Below, piece by piece: positions 1 through 21,039 of a stretch of DNA of 64,000 bases. The DNA comes from the human T2T-CHM13v2.0 reference genome, Homo sapiens: the NCBI RefSeq assembly GCF_009914755.1, contig NC_060928.1; one strand, given 5' to 3'. The position numbers and the translations under genes were made by a program. The first letter of the stretch is position 1; each line of letters opens with the position of its first letter. The notes beneath the pieces were generated by a model. That model searched no databases, had not been told where the DNA came from, and saw nothing but the letters and a program-made list of their open reading frames with translations.

Positions 1-2
1 TA

Positions 3-355
<353 letters not shown>

Positions 356-379
356 TCAAGCACACATGAAATCTTAAAA

Positions 380-1842
<1,463 letters not shown>

Positions 1843-2931
1843 TCTTCTGAGCAAAATGAGGTTCATTTTGAAGAATGTAGAATAAATGACAGCAGCACCC
1901 CATGTTGATATTGGTAGAACACTGCCAAAGCAGTATCTAGAGGGAAGTAAAGAACTTTAAATATATGAATGAAGAAATAAGAAAGATTGGCAACAAATTA
2001 GGTCAGGATTTGACCCAGAATTCACCCTTTAGCTGTTCTGAGATATAGTTCATACAAGAAAAGTAGGATAAATCCTTTACTTTTTTATTTACCAGACTTT
2101 AGAATAATTCATTGATAAAATACTAACAATTCTCTGATCCCTAGGTAGAGTATTATGCATGAGTTTTCACTTCATTTATACTTTTATTTCTGAAATTTTT
2201 TTTACCAAACATATTCTAACTTTATAATCAGAAAAATACTTTTGAAAAAGGAGTCAGGGAATAAAGATATATTTGCAACTTAGTAAAGTTCCTCTGATCT
2301 CTTGAAGTATTAAAACTTTTGAATACATGTGAAAAAAATTTCTAAGACAACTCATGAAATCTGAAACTGGGATGGTTTCTGGAGGTTTTCAAAGAAAGCG
2401 TCTCATACTAAAGTTAAGACCTCTGTTTTATGTCATTTTAAAAGAGAGCGCAGCTCTCGTGCTGGGGCATTGCTTCAACCCGCACTTGGAGGAATGAGCA
2501 TCACTTCCTGAATCACCAGCCTTTTCTACAGAGCCTCGATTTTCTCTAGGGTCTTCCCATCCACACACCGGCAATGCTGACAATACTCAGAGCTTATGAA
2601 ACCTGACAGATCACAGTTTGAGGTGAAAAAACTTTAGGAATGAAAACTATCAAGAGGAATTGGAAATGAAAGGTGAATGCCATTATATTTATTCAATTTA
2701 TAGCTAAATTATAATGGAAAAAATCTCGAAATAGAAACATTTTTTAAATCTGAAGACTGTAATTATAACAATGAGCATTGTCATAATGTTGACCTGTGTC
2801 ACATTACAAATATTCTTTATCAATAAGACATTAAATGTAATAAGTTAATGAAGAAGTTATGACTTTTGCCAAAATGATAGGGCAGTTTTTTTATTTTGAA
2901 TTTTAAAAAAATTGTGCTTCAGTTTGCAGGA

Positions 2932-2935
<4 letters not shown>

Positions 2936-2969
<34 letters not shown>
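2936..2969. repeat. (TG)n microsatellite
   Basis: Directly visible. Confidence 0.95.
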
Positions 2970-2970
<1 letters not shown>

Positions 2971-3251
2971 TGTAGGGGGGTGTTGGTATGAGATAGAAAT
3001 TGACTAACACAGTCCAGCTTCTGTTGATTCTTTTTCTTTCAAAAAAAAGTCTTCCCATAATATCTTACACTGCTCGTCTCAGTAGTTTAGTCAATGTTTA
3101 ACACATGCCAAAATATTTCTGACTCTCAGAATAATTTGATTTTAGAGAAGTAGATGGGACCAGCCAGGTTCTTAATTTTTTCCCCACAACTTTTTATTTT
3201 GAGAATGTTCAAACCCACTGAAAAGCTGCAGATAGTCCAGTGAATACCCTT

Positions 3252-3615
3252 TGTGATGGGCTAAATTGTGTCCCTACAAAATTCGTATGTTGCAGTCCTA
3301 AACTGCGTATCTCAGAATGCGGCTGTGTTTGGAGAGAGGATCTTAAAAGACGTGATGAAGTTAAGGCCATTAGGGTGGGCCTTAATCCAATCTGACTGCT
3401 GTCTTTGTAAGAAGAGGAAATTGGGACACACCCTGGGACACCCCTGTGAAGCAGCTGCAAGAGCCAAGGAGAGGGGCCTCAGAGGAGAGGAAGGACCCCG
3501 CCGACAGCCTCAGCTTGGGCTTCCAGCCTTCAGGACTCCGAGAAAATGGATCTATGCTGGTTAAGCCAGCCAGTAAGTGGTATTTTATTATGCGAGCCTG
3601 AGCGAACTAATATAC
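3252..3615 (+). mobile_element. MLT1-family MaLR LTR
   Basis: tgtgatgggctaaattgtgtccc...taagtggtattttattatg...aactaata. Confidence 0.8.
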
Positions 3616-4109
3616 CTTATACCTTTCTTATACGTTCACTAATTGTTAACATTGTGTCACATTTTTGTGATCCCTCTCTCTGTCTCCACAAACACACATG
3701 CATAGGCATGCACACACACTAACATGTGAAGTATACACATACAACCTATCACACACATCATACATATGCATACATATGTGTGTACATATGTATACGCATG
3801 TCTACCACACTTTTGGCAGGGGTGAAGGAACAGGTGAACCATTACATGCCTGTTAGTTGCAGGCAACATGACTTTTTTTTCCTAAATACTTTTGTGGAAA
3901 CCTCCCAAGAGCCAGTACATTTGCTTATAAAACCACACTATAAGTTTCATATTCAGGAACTAAAAACAGTACTACATTATACGGTAATATGCGGTCATAT
4001 TTAAATGTTCCCATTTGTCCTAATATAGTTAGGTTTGTTTGTTTGTTTTTCTCCAACTCGAAGTTTAATCAAGGCACACACACTGCATTTAGCTGCCAAG
4101 TGTGTTTGC

Positions 4110-4800
<691 letters not shown>

Positions 4801-6176
4801 TAATACATTCTTGTCATTATTCGGATGGTCAAATATTCCCAGATTTACAAGCAGGTGTGCTTTTAAGCTGGTTTGCCTAGCCTGTGACATGTCCCTATGG
4901 GTTTTCAGCACATCCTTGCTTAAGCCGATAAACAATGAATAGCAAGTTTTTCATTTTGTTCTATCTCTTATTTTGAATCTAAAAGAGCAGCCCCTTTTTG
5001 TTTCAAAATCTTATTGACATATTGAAGAGATTGGTCCGGTTTCTATAATGTTCTACCTTCTAGATTTGTCCAAGTGTTTCCTCATGATGTCATTTAGCTT
5101 TGCTTATCACGTGTATTTTGTATAATGTGAAAGTGAGAGCTAAAGGTTTCATTAGCTGCCAGGTAAGTAGTTTTGGCCAGATGTTTTATAAGTTGTGCTA
5201 TACTTTATGATTGCATCACATTAGCATGTAATATTTAGTTGTCCTACTCTTAAATTTAATACTTACCCTACCATTATTGAACAAAATACACAAAGCAACA
5301 TTAAAAAAAGAAAAACAAAAATTTAATACTTACCCTACTATTAAATTGAGCTGTAATTTCATCACCAGTGTGTATAATAAAATGTCACCACATTCACAAA
5401 ACTCATGTTTTTAATTCAAATGAGATATTATTGCCTAATGACTGTAAGTGAGACTTTAGTGATTTCAGCAAATATATATAATCGTTTTTTGAGAACACAT
5501 CCTTAAATTTCAGAAAATTGCAGTAAAAATGAAGTACCAACCCATTCTTGGTATTACATTCTAAAACTTTGGCATTTTTCCTTTGATCACCAATTCCACA
5601 TCTGGAGATACTCTCCGGACACTTGTCAAGTTCATGATTTTACTACAGGAGTCTATTCGAGCAATATTTGTAGGCACAAAAATGCAGAAACAGTTTCTTC
5701 AAGAAGGGGCTTAATAAACCTAATGTGGAACATTGGTTATGTAACTATCATGCAGTCACTAAAGACGAGGATCTCTGTATAAGGAGACAGACTACTATGC
5801 AGAAATTATTTAGTGAAGAAGGCAGGTTGCAGAACCCTGTATCTAGTGCAATTCCATGTATGTTTGAAAAGAGCACAGCTGAACGGAGGAATGAATGAAG
5901 AACATGTGGAAACATACACAAAAATTAGAAAATGTTAGAGAATAACTTTGATAAAGTTAGATAAGATTTTCGTTGTAAAAAGCACCTATTTTGAATAAAG
6001 ATTCATTCAGGTTAAGGCCTCCTTTGGACCCCTTACATTCACGTGGATTACTTTTCAAGATATATTGCATGATGTCTGTATGTCTGACATTCTTCAATAT
6101 TTCAAGAAAAAGGGTTTTGCAAAAAGGCCAATCTATCTAACCACAAATATGACTTCTAAATTAAAGACTTACCAAA

Positions 6177-7038
<862 letters not shown>

Positions 7039-7674
7039 TTAGTAGCACATCACTGTCTGAAGGTTCTCATTTTTCAAAAAGCACCTGGAGCGAGCATCTC
7101 TCGCATATACTTTTTGCAGGTTAATTCTATTTTGGAGACTTCTTAGCTTAAGATGAGCCCTAAGTGGACAGCTGTTTAGTTTCAGAACAGTCTCCCCCAT
7201 GTGTATGTGCTGGTGAGTGACACGCTCCACCTGCCTGCAGGAGCTGCTGCCTCCTTACATCTCCCAGCCATGCATCGCGCCTTTCCCTTTGGGAAGCACT
7301 TAATGAGCCATAGGCTCCTGAAAGTGGAAAGAGAACGCGAAAGGGCCTCTGGTCCTGCTGACAAAGTCATTTCCGCTGCGCCTGGTGCTTTTTGGTTTTC
7401 ACATTGGATTCACTTCACTTTTAATTAAAGAAACGAGATTTGTGTGTTTCTTTTTGATTTTGGTCATCTTCCCCAAATTAAGGCTCTGTCTCTCAAACAG
7501 GAAGTTAACATTTATTCAAGTCAGGAACATAGGGGCTAGCTTTTCCTTTTCCACAGATGTACCTGAGATATTTGGCCAAACTTGTCCCTACATTCAAAGA
7601 TCTCTGGTGGGATTACATAGCCTAAACGAACTCAACTACTAAGTTATCTTTGGCTATCTTCAGATATGACCCAC

Positions 7675-8036
7675 TGATATGGTTTGGCTCTGTGTCCCCA
7701 CCCAAACCTCAGCTTGAATTTTACTCCCCATAATCCCCACATGGTGAGGGTGGGACCTGGTGGGAGGTATTTGAATCATGGGCAGTTTCCCCCATGCTGT
7801 TCTCATGATAGTGAGTGAGTTCTCATGAGATCTGATGGTTTTATAAGCGTCTGTCATTTCCTCTGCTTGCATTCATTCTCTCTCCTGCCGCCCTGTAAAG
7901 AGGTGCCTTCTGCCATGATTGTAAGTTTCCTGAGGCTTCCCCAGCCATGTGGAACTGTGAGTCAATTAAAACTCTTTTTTTATAGTTACCCAGTCTCAGG
8001 TATTTCTTCATTGCAGCATGAGAATGGACAAATACA
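7675..8036 (+). mobile_element. THE1 (THE1D-like) MaLR solo LTR
   Basis: TGATATGGTTTGGCTCTGTG start, AATACA end, 5-bp TSD CCCAC on both sides. Confidence 0.9.
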
Positions 8037-8781
8037 CCCACATAGCTATCTTCTTTATTCATGGATATAATTCTTACAGTTAGCAATAGACAAAATTGGA
8101 CCCTTTTTTAGTGTTACACTAGCTCAATTGCATAGACATCCAGTGACCTACAGCTTTCCTAAGACTCTAATGTTTAAAGCACTGTCATGCCCCGGGCCCT
8201 CTCTCGGCACTGCCCCAAGGAAGTTTGACTTTGCCTCTCTGTGGCTCAGATTTCCGTAGACAGTTGGAAAGGCACCCAACAAACACCCCATCCATCCATA
8301 TTCATGCAACTTCTTTATGGTTTAATTTAATAGAGTTTGCCTCCCCACTGAATCCAATTTTAACACAAAAACAAATAAATTTCTACTTCAACGAAAAGGA
8401 GGAGAAGATGCCTATACTTTGCTTATCTCTGTGGGCTATTCCATTGTATCTTAACCTAAGGAAAGTGGTCTTTTGGGGAATACATAGAAATTATAATGGA
8501 GCAATTAGGCAGCTCAATGAAACAAAAAGACATTTAATTCAATCAATTGAATAAGGAGAACAATCACATTCAATATGGTACTAGTGTATCATGTGTGGAA
8601 TATTTGTGCATTTCCAAATCTCTTGATACACCACAAAACACACTCAAGTTTCATGGCCTTAGTTAACTGATCTGCAAAAAAATAAACATCCCTCAGTCAT
8701 TCCTACATGACCTCATAATAACCCATATTTCTACTTTTCTTTCCTGCTGCCTTTTCTTGTAGCTCACTACTTAAACTTCTA

Positions 8782-9515
8782 GGCCGGGTGCGGTGGCTCA
8801 CGCCTGTAATCCTAGCACTTTGGGAGGATGAGGCGGAAAGATTGCCTGAGCTCAGAAGTTCAAGACTAGCCTGGGCAACACAGTGAAACCCTATCTCTAC
8901 TAAAATACAGAAAAAAATTAGCCAGGTGTGGCGGCATGTGCCTGTAGTCCCAGCTACTTGGAAGGCTGAGGCAGGAGAATTGCTGAACCCGGGAAGTGGA
9001 GGTTGCAGTGAGCCGAGATTGCGCCACTACACTCCAGCCTAGGCGAAAGCGAGACTCTCTCAAAAACAAAAACAAAAACAAAAACAAAAAAAACTTCTAA
9101 CAAAATGCCTTCCAGCCTCAGAACACTTCCAAAGTGCTGTCCCAACTAGCTCCTGATTTTCCTTTTATCTAGCACCTTCACCTGCACAACTTGAACCCTT
9201 TACCTACATTATTCTTCTTACAAAACTCATTATGGGCTGGGCGCAGTGGCTCACGCCTGTGATCCCAGCACTTTGGGAGGCCAAGGTGGGCAGATACCCA
9301 AGGTCGGGAGTTTGAGACCAGCCTGACCAACGTCGAGAAACCCCGTCTCTAGTAAAAATACAAAATTAGCTGGGCGTGGTGATGCATGCCTGTAATCCTA
9401 GCTACTCAGGAGGCTGAGGCAAGAGAATTGCCTGAACCCAGGAGGCAGAGGTTGCAGTGAGCCAAGATCGTACCATTGCACTCCAGCCTGGGCAACAAGA
9501 GCAAAACTCTGTCTC

Positions 9516-9546
<31 letters not shown>
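8782..9546 (+). mobile_element. Two Alus (8782-9093, 9235-9546)
   Basis: Alu consensus with TSDs. Confidence 0.93.
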
Positions 9547-9776
9547 CTCATCTCTTCAGAAAGGCCATAGGTTTCCTTGCCTCTGGATTCCTTGTGTCCC
9601 CCATAGTACATTCATTGTCCCTTCGATCTCCATGGCTCCTCTTCTAGGCTTTGCCACAAATGGTAAGCCTTCTTTCTGTGGGTCTTTTCTGCATGATCAC
9701 ACTCACCTCGTGTGTGAGTAAAACACGAAAAATTAAATTTCAAACCCAGACCTGTCTGCTTCGCTCTAGTCCTTGA

Positions 9777-10093
<317 letters not shown>

Positions 10094-10182
10094 CTCATTC
10101 TCATCTCTTTCTAATGGTGAGGCCTGACATCATCTGGAACTGAAGAGATTCTACAATGAGCTCCAGGTTTCATTCTCTCTTC

Positions 10183-10287
10183 CATGCGGGCACAGTCTAC
10201 CTCTCCCTTCCATGCGGGCACAGTCTACCTCTCCCTTCCATGTGGGCACAGTCTACCTCTCCCTTTCATGAGGGCACAGTCTACCTC
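10183..10287. repeat. 28-bp tandem repeat, about 3.8 copies (CATGCGGGCACAGTCTACCTCTCCCTTC)
   Basis: Units start at 10183, 10211, 10239, 10267. Confidence 0.95.
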
Positions 10288-10688
10288 AGTCAACCAGTCT
10301 CAAATCTTCAGGGTCGTGTAAACTTCCAGGCCCTTAAAACCTCCGAACCCAAGTTGGGATCACTGCACTGGGGCTGTCTTTGTTCCTCCTGCTTTCCCTG
10401 CACTGCCATTTTGTTCATTCAGCTTCATAAAACCCGCTGAAAGAACCAGTGTAATCATCTTTAAATTAGTCAACCAAAGTTGACACTTTCATTTTTAAAC
10501 TTTTAAATCTATTATCCTAACTTTAGTACCCTTTATCTGATCCCTAACTTTTTAACTTTGAGATTTGACTTCCTAATTTTTAAAAGTTTACAATAAAAAA
10601 TAATTTTGAATACATAGTTTTACTTGTACTTAAAACTGATGTGAAAAAAGTAATTAATTTTTAATGCTTGTATTTTATCTTAAAGACT

Positions 10689-11041
<353 letters not shown>

Positions 11042-11649
11042 TTATGTAGTGAGAAGAATTAAAAAGTAAATAATATTTGTTTTAGCTACAGTACATAGAT
11101 CATATTTGTCTTATGAACTTTAATTTTTAAATAACATGCACATGTACAATATAAACTTCAGGAGAGTGGGAACTTTATCTCCAACGCCTGCAAAAGTATC
11201 TGATACTTAGTAGGTGCTTACAAATATTTGCTGACTTAATGACTATACAATTCATTGGCTACAAAATGGTAAAAAGTGAAAAGTAACTTTTCCTTTTATC
11301 CCTATAGATACCTGGTTTCTACCCCCAGAGGCAGTCGCAACTTTATTTGTTTTGTCTTTCTCTAGAGATATTATAAGCCCACCTAAGCATGTGTATATCT
11401 ATATAAAGACAGATAGACATATATGCGTGTATGTACACACCATAGATATCCTTTTTTCTACCTTCAAATGGGAACATCCTGTACATATTTCCTGTATTCT
11501 ACCTTTTGCCTCAACTGTATTTTGGGTGTAATTTTATATCAATTTTGGGAAAACTCTCTCTTCTTTATAAAAGTGACATAGCATTCCTTGTATAACTGTG
11601 TCCTCAATTTATTTGACCAATCTTTTATTGGTGGTATTTCAATTTCTAG

Positions 11650-12469
<820 letters not shown>

Positions 12470-12799
12470 ATATCCTAGAAGTAAAACTGCCATATCAAAG
12501 AGTAAATGCATTTAAAATTTTAATGAATATTGGCAAATTTTCTTCCATGGATTATGTCAGTTTATACTTCCATCAGCAATGTATAAAAGCACCATTTTCC
12601 TTCACACTGGCCAACACATTGCTATCACATTTTGAGATCATTATAATTTATAGTTGAAAAGCGATATCACACTATTACTTTAATGTTCTTTTCTTTAAAG
12701 TGAAATTTATTAATTATCCTCACATTCTAAAGGCATTAATGATTACATTTTTGTAATTGCCAGGGACTGTTTACATTTTACCAACTGATTTTTGCCATT

Positions 12800-12894
12800 A
12801 TTTTCTTCCTTCATTTTCCTTTCTTTTTTCCTTCCTTCCTTCCTTCCTTCCCTCCTTTCTTCCTTTCTTTTCTTTCTTTCCTTTCTTTCTTCCT

Positions 12895-12900
<6 letters not shown>
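12800..12900. repeat. (TTCC)n/(TTTC)n pyrimidine tract at an Alu tail
   Basis: Directly visible. Confidence 0.85.
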
Positions 12901-13190
<290 letters not shown>

Positions 13191-14286
13191 CTTCACTGTT
13201 TCCTGCTCTATTGGTCATAATTTCACTCATTATTTCCTCACTTTTTCCCTCACGTTTCTCCACTTCTTCACCTCGACGGCTTTGCATGTGTAATTCTCTG
13301 TTTTGGAATTGCCTCTCTCCAGCCTCTCCCTCCATCTTCAATTGGAATCTTAATTCCATATGCACAGAATAGCTCCAAGTGGTAGTGGAGGGGAGAAACT
13401 TGTAACAAGGGGTCCTGGGTGGAAGAACTGGCACACGGGGTCAGAGACTTCAGGGAAACTTACTTTTCACTGCAACACCTTTTGTACCTTTGCATCTTGT
13501 AGGAAGCTTACATGTAACCTCTATACAAGCAAACACAGGCAAAAACACACACATTGTCAATTCACATCCTTATTTGTCAAGGTATAGCTTGAATGTAATT
13601 TTTAGCTAAAAAGTTGTTTATCTTTACTCTTAACATTCATGGAAAGTAACTACATATGTATAACATACCTATAAGTTGTATAACATATACATTTTTATAG
13701 AAAAATAAACATATTTCTTTTATAACTTGCTAACTTCTTGATTGAGAATCTCTGATTATTCTTTGAGTCCTGCCAACATGTCTAGCATATTTCTTAATCA
13801 ATGTAGGCATTCAAAAACTGTTTAATTCATTTAGCAAATATTTATTGAGCCTCTGTTCTGGGAAAGTATCTTAGTAATCACCGGCAGTAGAATTTACAGT
13901 CACAGTCCTTGCCCTTAGACATCCCAGTTAATGATGAAGATAAACACAGAGATAAATAATTCTAATAGGTGCAATTTAGAGACATGCAAAGAAGGGGAAT
14001 GATAAACATCAAGTGATTATTTATCTCCGCATTTCCCAAGGACTGAGTCAAGTAGCATCTTCTCATGATAATTTTGGTGATCACCAGGAAAGCTTTTTAT
14101 TAGATAACGATTTATTGCAGAAAATACATAAAAAACTAATACTTTTGCAGAGATTAATTTTGTGTGAGGTTAAAGTAGACATTTAATTTAAAGAAGTTAG
14201 TCACTGAAAGTAAAATATTCAGTAAATAAGAGTTTCGACAGAACATAGCCACTGCAACAGTAGTGGAGCAGAGGTGAGAACAACCG

Positions 14287-14415
14287 AGGCTGCGGCAGGA
14301 GAATGGCGTGAACCCGGGAGGCGGAGCTTGCAGTGAGCCGAGATCGCGCCCCTGCACTCCAGCCTGGGCAACAGAGCCAGACTCCATCTCAAAAAAAAAA
14401 CAAAAACAAAAAGAA
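14287..14415 (+). mobile_element. 5'-truncated AluY-like right arm
   Basis: gagaatggcgtgaacccgggaggcggagcttgcag + A tail. Confidence 0.9.
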
Positions 14416-14982
14416 AACCAACAACTGAAGCTTGGCACATGTTAATCTGTCCCAACCAGGCACACATTGCCTTGGTAATGATAATTATAATTAAATATTA
14501 GTATAGCTTCCCTGTGTTGAGGGTTTACTCTGTGTCAAGCATTATGTTATGGACTTTATATCTCATTTAACAGTCACAATCTCCCAAGGACGCTTATATT
14601 TTCTTGAGACAACAGAGGCTGAGAGAACGTAATGAAATGGCACAGATAACTAAAAGTTTATTCTTTAATTGCCATGCAACTACACCCAGTAGGAGCCAAA
14701 TATTGGAGGAAAGGATCGCTAAAGATTTTGACCTTGTAAATTTTGACTTTGAGTGAGAAAAGCAAGTGCCAGATGAATAAATAACCCTTTTTGAGAGGTG
14801 CTATGAATAAGTATTATGAGCATGCAGGGCAGGAGAGGATTGGGGATGGAAGCCAGGTCAGGGAAGGGTTCCTTGAGGAGATGATGCTGAAGTGGGCTCG
14901 GACGAATGCATCAGCATTAACTAGGCGTTAACAAAGGAAGCTCTAAGTGGAAGTGCCTGGGAGAACACACACAGAGGCCCCT

Positions 14983-15095
14983 GTGGTGGAGCCAGAGAGC
15001 TTCACGGTGCCACGGACCGTGGTGGAGCCAGAGAGCTTCACGGTGCCACGGACCGCGGTGGAGCCAGAGAGCTTCACGGTCCCACAGACTGTGGT
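14983..15095. repeat. 36-bp tandem repeat x3 (GTGGTGGAGCCAGAGAGCTTCACGGTGCCACGGACC)
   Basis: Units start at 14983, 15019, 15055. Confidence 0.95.
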
Positions 15096-15179
15096 CCCAG
15101 CGGGCCTCTGTTTCTGCAGCCTTGCCCAAAGTAGGTTGTCAACATTTTGAATTACTGACAAATTCAAGGGTAAGAAACG

Positions 15180-16630
<1,451 letters not shown>

Positions 16631-16934
16631 GAAGCAGCATGGGTAGGAGACGTGGGACTGTTTCCGGGAGGGTATTCCAGGCCTAATGGCCAGCATGTGT
16701 CAGGGCCTCGACTGGCAGTGCGTGTTGTGTGTTTGAAGAACAGGGGAGTTGGAGTTACTGCAGCAGAGAGTTCAGTCTGAGGAGGGGAGATGGGAGATAA
16801 TGCCCTAGTGGGGGTGGAGGTGGGACATGAGGGTCCAGATCACCCTTGGGGCCCTTGTAGGCCATTATAAGACTCTGACTTTTAGTCTGAATGAGATGAA
16901 AAGTCCCTGGCAGATTTACAGCATAGAAATATCA

Positions 16935-17858
<924 letters not shown>

Positions 17859-19082
17859 TATAGCTATCACGTTGACAACAAAGTGGTACATAAGGGAGGC
17901 TGTGGCTTGGCTTTGGAGCTGCTCACCGGAATGTCCGTGGTGCAGTGACGGCGTCCACGATTCGGGTCAGAGCTCTCCAGGACAGGTGGGGTAGAGCTGG
18001 AACAAGACGGGCAGGTGCTGGCGCTCACTGAGGCTACTCTGGCAACACATGAGGACGCATTTTATTTTTCTCCCCACTCTTAATATGTTTGAAAATTCCA
18101 TAAAAGTAAAACAAAACAAAAATAATAAAAATTCATTAAAGACTGAACCATAAAAGTCAGAAAATTTTTCCACAACAGCCTTGGCCATTGCTGTATTGTG
18201 CATTGAAGGCGGCTCTTAGTGAAGAGACACATTTGTAATAAATGTTTTGATGTACTAGACAATCAGGGCTCTGAGGATTGAATGAGATGATCCGTGTAAA
18301 CTACTTAGCCTGGAATTCTCAGGACATATAAATCTAAAAGTTTTTATGGAAGTTGATTTTATTACTCAAAATATATTACAGTAATTTTGTAAATCTATTT
18401 TATCTCTCTATCTCTATATAATTTGTCTTCTGTTTAATAGCTACAGAATGTTTCTTAATTTATTTAGCCATTCCCCTATTGACCTTTTCTCCTTTTATAA
18501 CAATTTTGTAATAAATGTCTCATAATATGTATTTGTGCACCTGCCCAATTCTTTCCATGAGGTAAGTCCCAGAACTGGATATGGTAAACACCAATGCATT
18601 TTCATATATCTTTTTTCCAATTTGCCCTGCAAAGAGATTGTACTCATATACACACCCTCCAGTTAATGGTGGCAGTGTCTGATTCTTCACACCCTTGTCA
18701 ACAAGGAACTAGACACATGCATTATTAGTGAAGGCAAGTGCATATGGACTGTGTATTTTTGTCTCTTCCAAGGTGAAATACATTTTTATGTCCTCAACTT
18801 GTTTTGTATTGGATTCTTTGTCTTTTCTTTATTGATGTGTTAGAACTCTTTATAGTAAGACTATTAATATTTTGTCACATATGTTACAGAACATTTTCTC
18901 TAGTTTGCCATTTGTCTTTAATTTCATGTAGTTTTAAATATTTCAGCCTTCATTTTAGGCTATCTGGGATTTATTGCATGCTTAGAAAAGCCTTTTATAT
19001 TTCAGAATTAAAAAGCTTTTTTTGGTAAACTCTTTCACACTGTTGGATTTTGTTTGAACTTCTGTTTTTAAGCCATCTGGCA

Positions 19083-19738
19083 TTTATTTTTATTTTATTT
19101 TACTTTATTTTATTTTTTTATGATTTTTTAATTTTTTTATTGTACTTTAAGTTCTAGGGTACATGTGCACAACGTGCAGGTTTGTTACGTATGTATACAT
19201 GTGCCATGTTGGTGTGCTGCACCCATTAACTCGACATTTACATTAGGTATATCTCCTAATGCTATCCCTCCCCCCTCCCGCCACCCCATGACAGGCCCCA
19301 ATGTGTGATGTTCCCCACCCTGTGTCCAAGTGTTCTCATTGTTCAATTCCCCACCTGTGAGTGAGAACATGTGGTGTTTGGTTTTTTATCCTTGCGATAG
19401 TTTGCTGAGAATGATGGTTTCCAGCTTCATCCATGTCCCTACAAAGGACATGAACTCACCCTTTTTTATGGCTGCATAGTATTCCATAGTGTATATGTGC
19501 CACATTTTCTTAATCCAGTCTATCATTGATGGACATTTGGGTTGGTTCCAAGTCTTTGCTGTTGTGAATAGTGCCACAATAAACATATGTGTGCATGTGT
19601 CTTTATAGCAGCAAGATTTACAATCCTTTGGGTATATACCCAGTAATGGGATGGCTGGGTCAAATGGTATTTCCAGTTCTAGATCCTTAAGGAATCGCCA
19701 CAGTCTTCCACAGTGGTTGAACTAGTTTACAGTCCCAC
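19083..19738 (-). mobile_element. L1PA 3' fragment (ORF2 C-terminus + 3'UTR)
   Basis: TWNQPKCPSMIDWIKKMWHIYTMEYYAAIK ORF2 motif; L1PA 3'UTR; T-rich tail. Confidence 0.93.
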
Positions 19739-19745
19739 CCACAGT

Positions 19746-20766
19746 TTTACTTTATTTTATTTAGAGACAGGGTCTTGCTCTGTTGCCAAGGCTGGAGTGC
19801 AGTAGCACAATCATAGCTCACTTCAGCCTTGACCCCCTGGGCTCAAGCAATCCTCCTGCCTCAGCCTCCCAAGTACCTGAGGCTACAGGCACATGCCACT
19901 ATTCCTGGCTAATTTTTAAATTTTTTTGTAGAGACAGGGTCTTGTCCAGGCTGGTCTCAAACTCCTGGTCTCAAGCAATCCTTCTGCCTCAGCCTCCCAA
20001 AGTGCTGGAATTATAGGCATGAGACACTGGGCCAAGCCTGGAATTTGTTACTGCAGTTAGGATATATGTTTTATTCCTAAATGTAGCCTACTGTCCCAAC
20101 CTGTTAATTGAAGAGTTTATTATCTATATCTGGTTGGGATTCTCCATATCATTATTTTTCTTTTAGGCACTTTTATTGGCTATTTTCATACTTACTATTT
20201 CGTGTACTTTAGAAACAGTTTTTGCATTCCAAGACAATTCTGGAGAGACTATTTTTGGACTCACATTGGAAATTAGGTGAGAATTGGCATTTGTCTTTAT
20301 ACAAGTGTTCCACTTAGGAAAATTGTGCGTCCTCCCACTTTTAAAGTCTTTTAAGTAAGTCTTATTTTTTATATATATGTATATATTATACATATATATA
20401 AAATATATATATTATACATATTTTACATATGTATTTTTACACACACACATATATATATATATACACAAATATATATATATATTTGAGACAGAGTCTCACT
20501 GCGTCCCCCAGGGCTGGAGTGCAGTGGCGCGATCTTGGCTCACTGCAGTCTCTGCCTCCCAGGTTCAAGCGGATTCTCCTGCCTCGGTCTCCCAAGTAGC
20601 TGGGATTACAGGTGCCCACCACCACGCCTGGCTAATTTTTGTATTTTTAGTAAAGACAGGGTTTCACTATGTTGGCCAGGGTGGTCTTGAACTCCTGACC
20701 TCGTGATCCACCCGTTTTGGACTCCCAAAGTGCTAGGATTACAGGCATGAGCCACCATGCCTGGCT
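19746..20766 (-). mobile_element. Two Alus (19746-20038, 20482-20766)
   Basis: Antisense Alu consensus. Confidence 0.92.
20370..20482. repeat. (TA)n/(CA)n compound repeat at an Alu tail
   Basis: Directly visible. Confidence 0.85.
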
Positions 20767-21039
20767 GAAGTAAGTCTTATGATTAACTTCCCCATAAATC
20801 TTTCACATTTCTTATTAATTCCTAGGTATTTTATAATATTGAAGGTTTTAAAAAATTTCAGAGATCATTTTTGCCATTCTATTTTTTAACTTAGTTACCA
20901 CTAAGACAACATCTACAAAATGCTGTAGATCTCTGCGCACACACAAACACACACACATCATGCAACAAATAAGAAAATGCCAATACATGAATTATACGTG
21001 AGATGTTGGATATATTATTTTATTGGCACATGTCTTAGA

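Noticed and set aside
2455-2520. GHCF..EE RING-like fragment on the + strand
   Set aside because: Too short; no flanking CxxC motifs
7120-7212. 93-nt exon-like segment (tttttgcAG...CTG|GTGAGT) with ILETS vaguely like TRIML2 ILNTS
   Set aside because: Two in-frame stops and only a 4-5 residue match; a lncRNA exon is possible but unsupported
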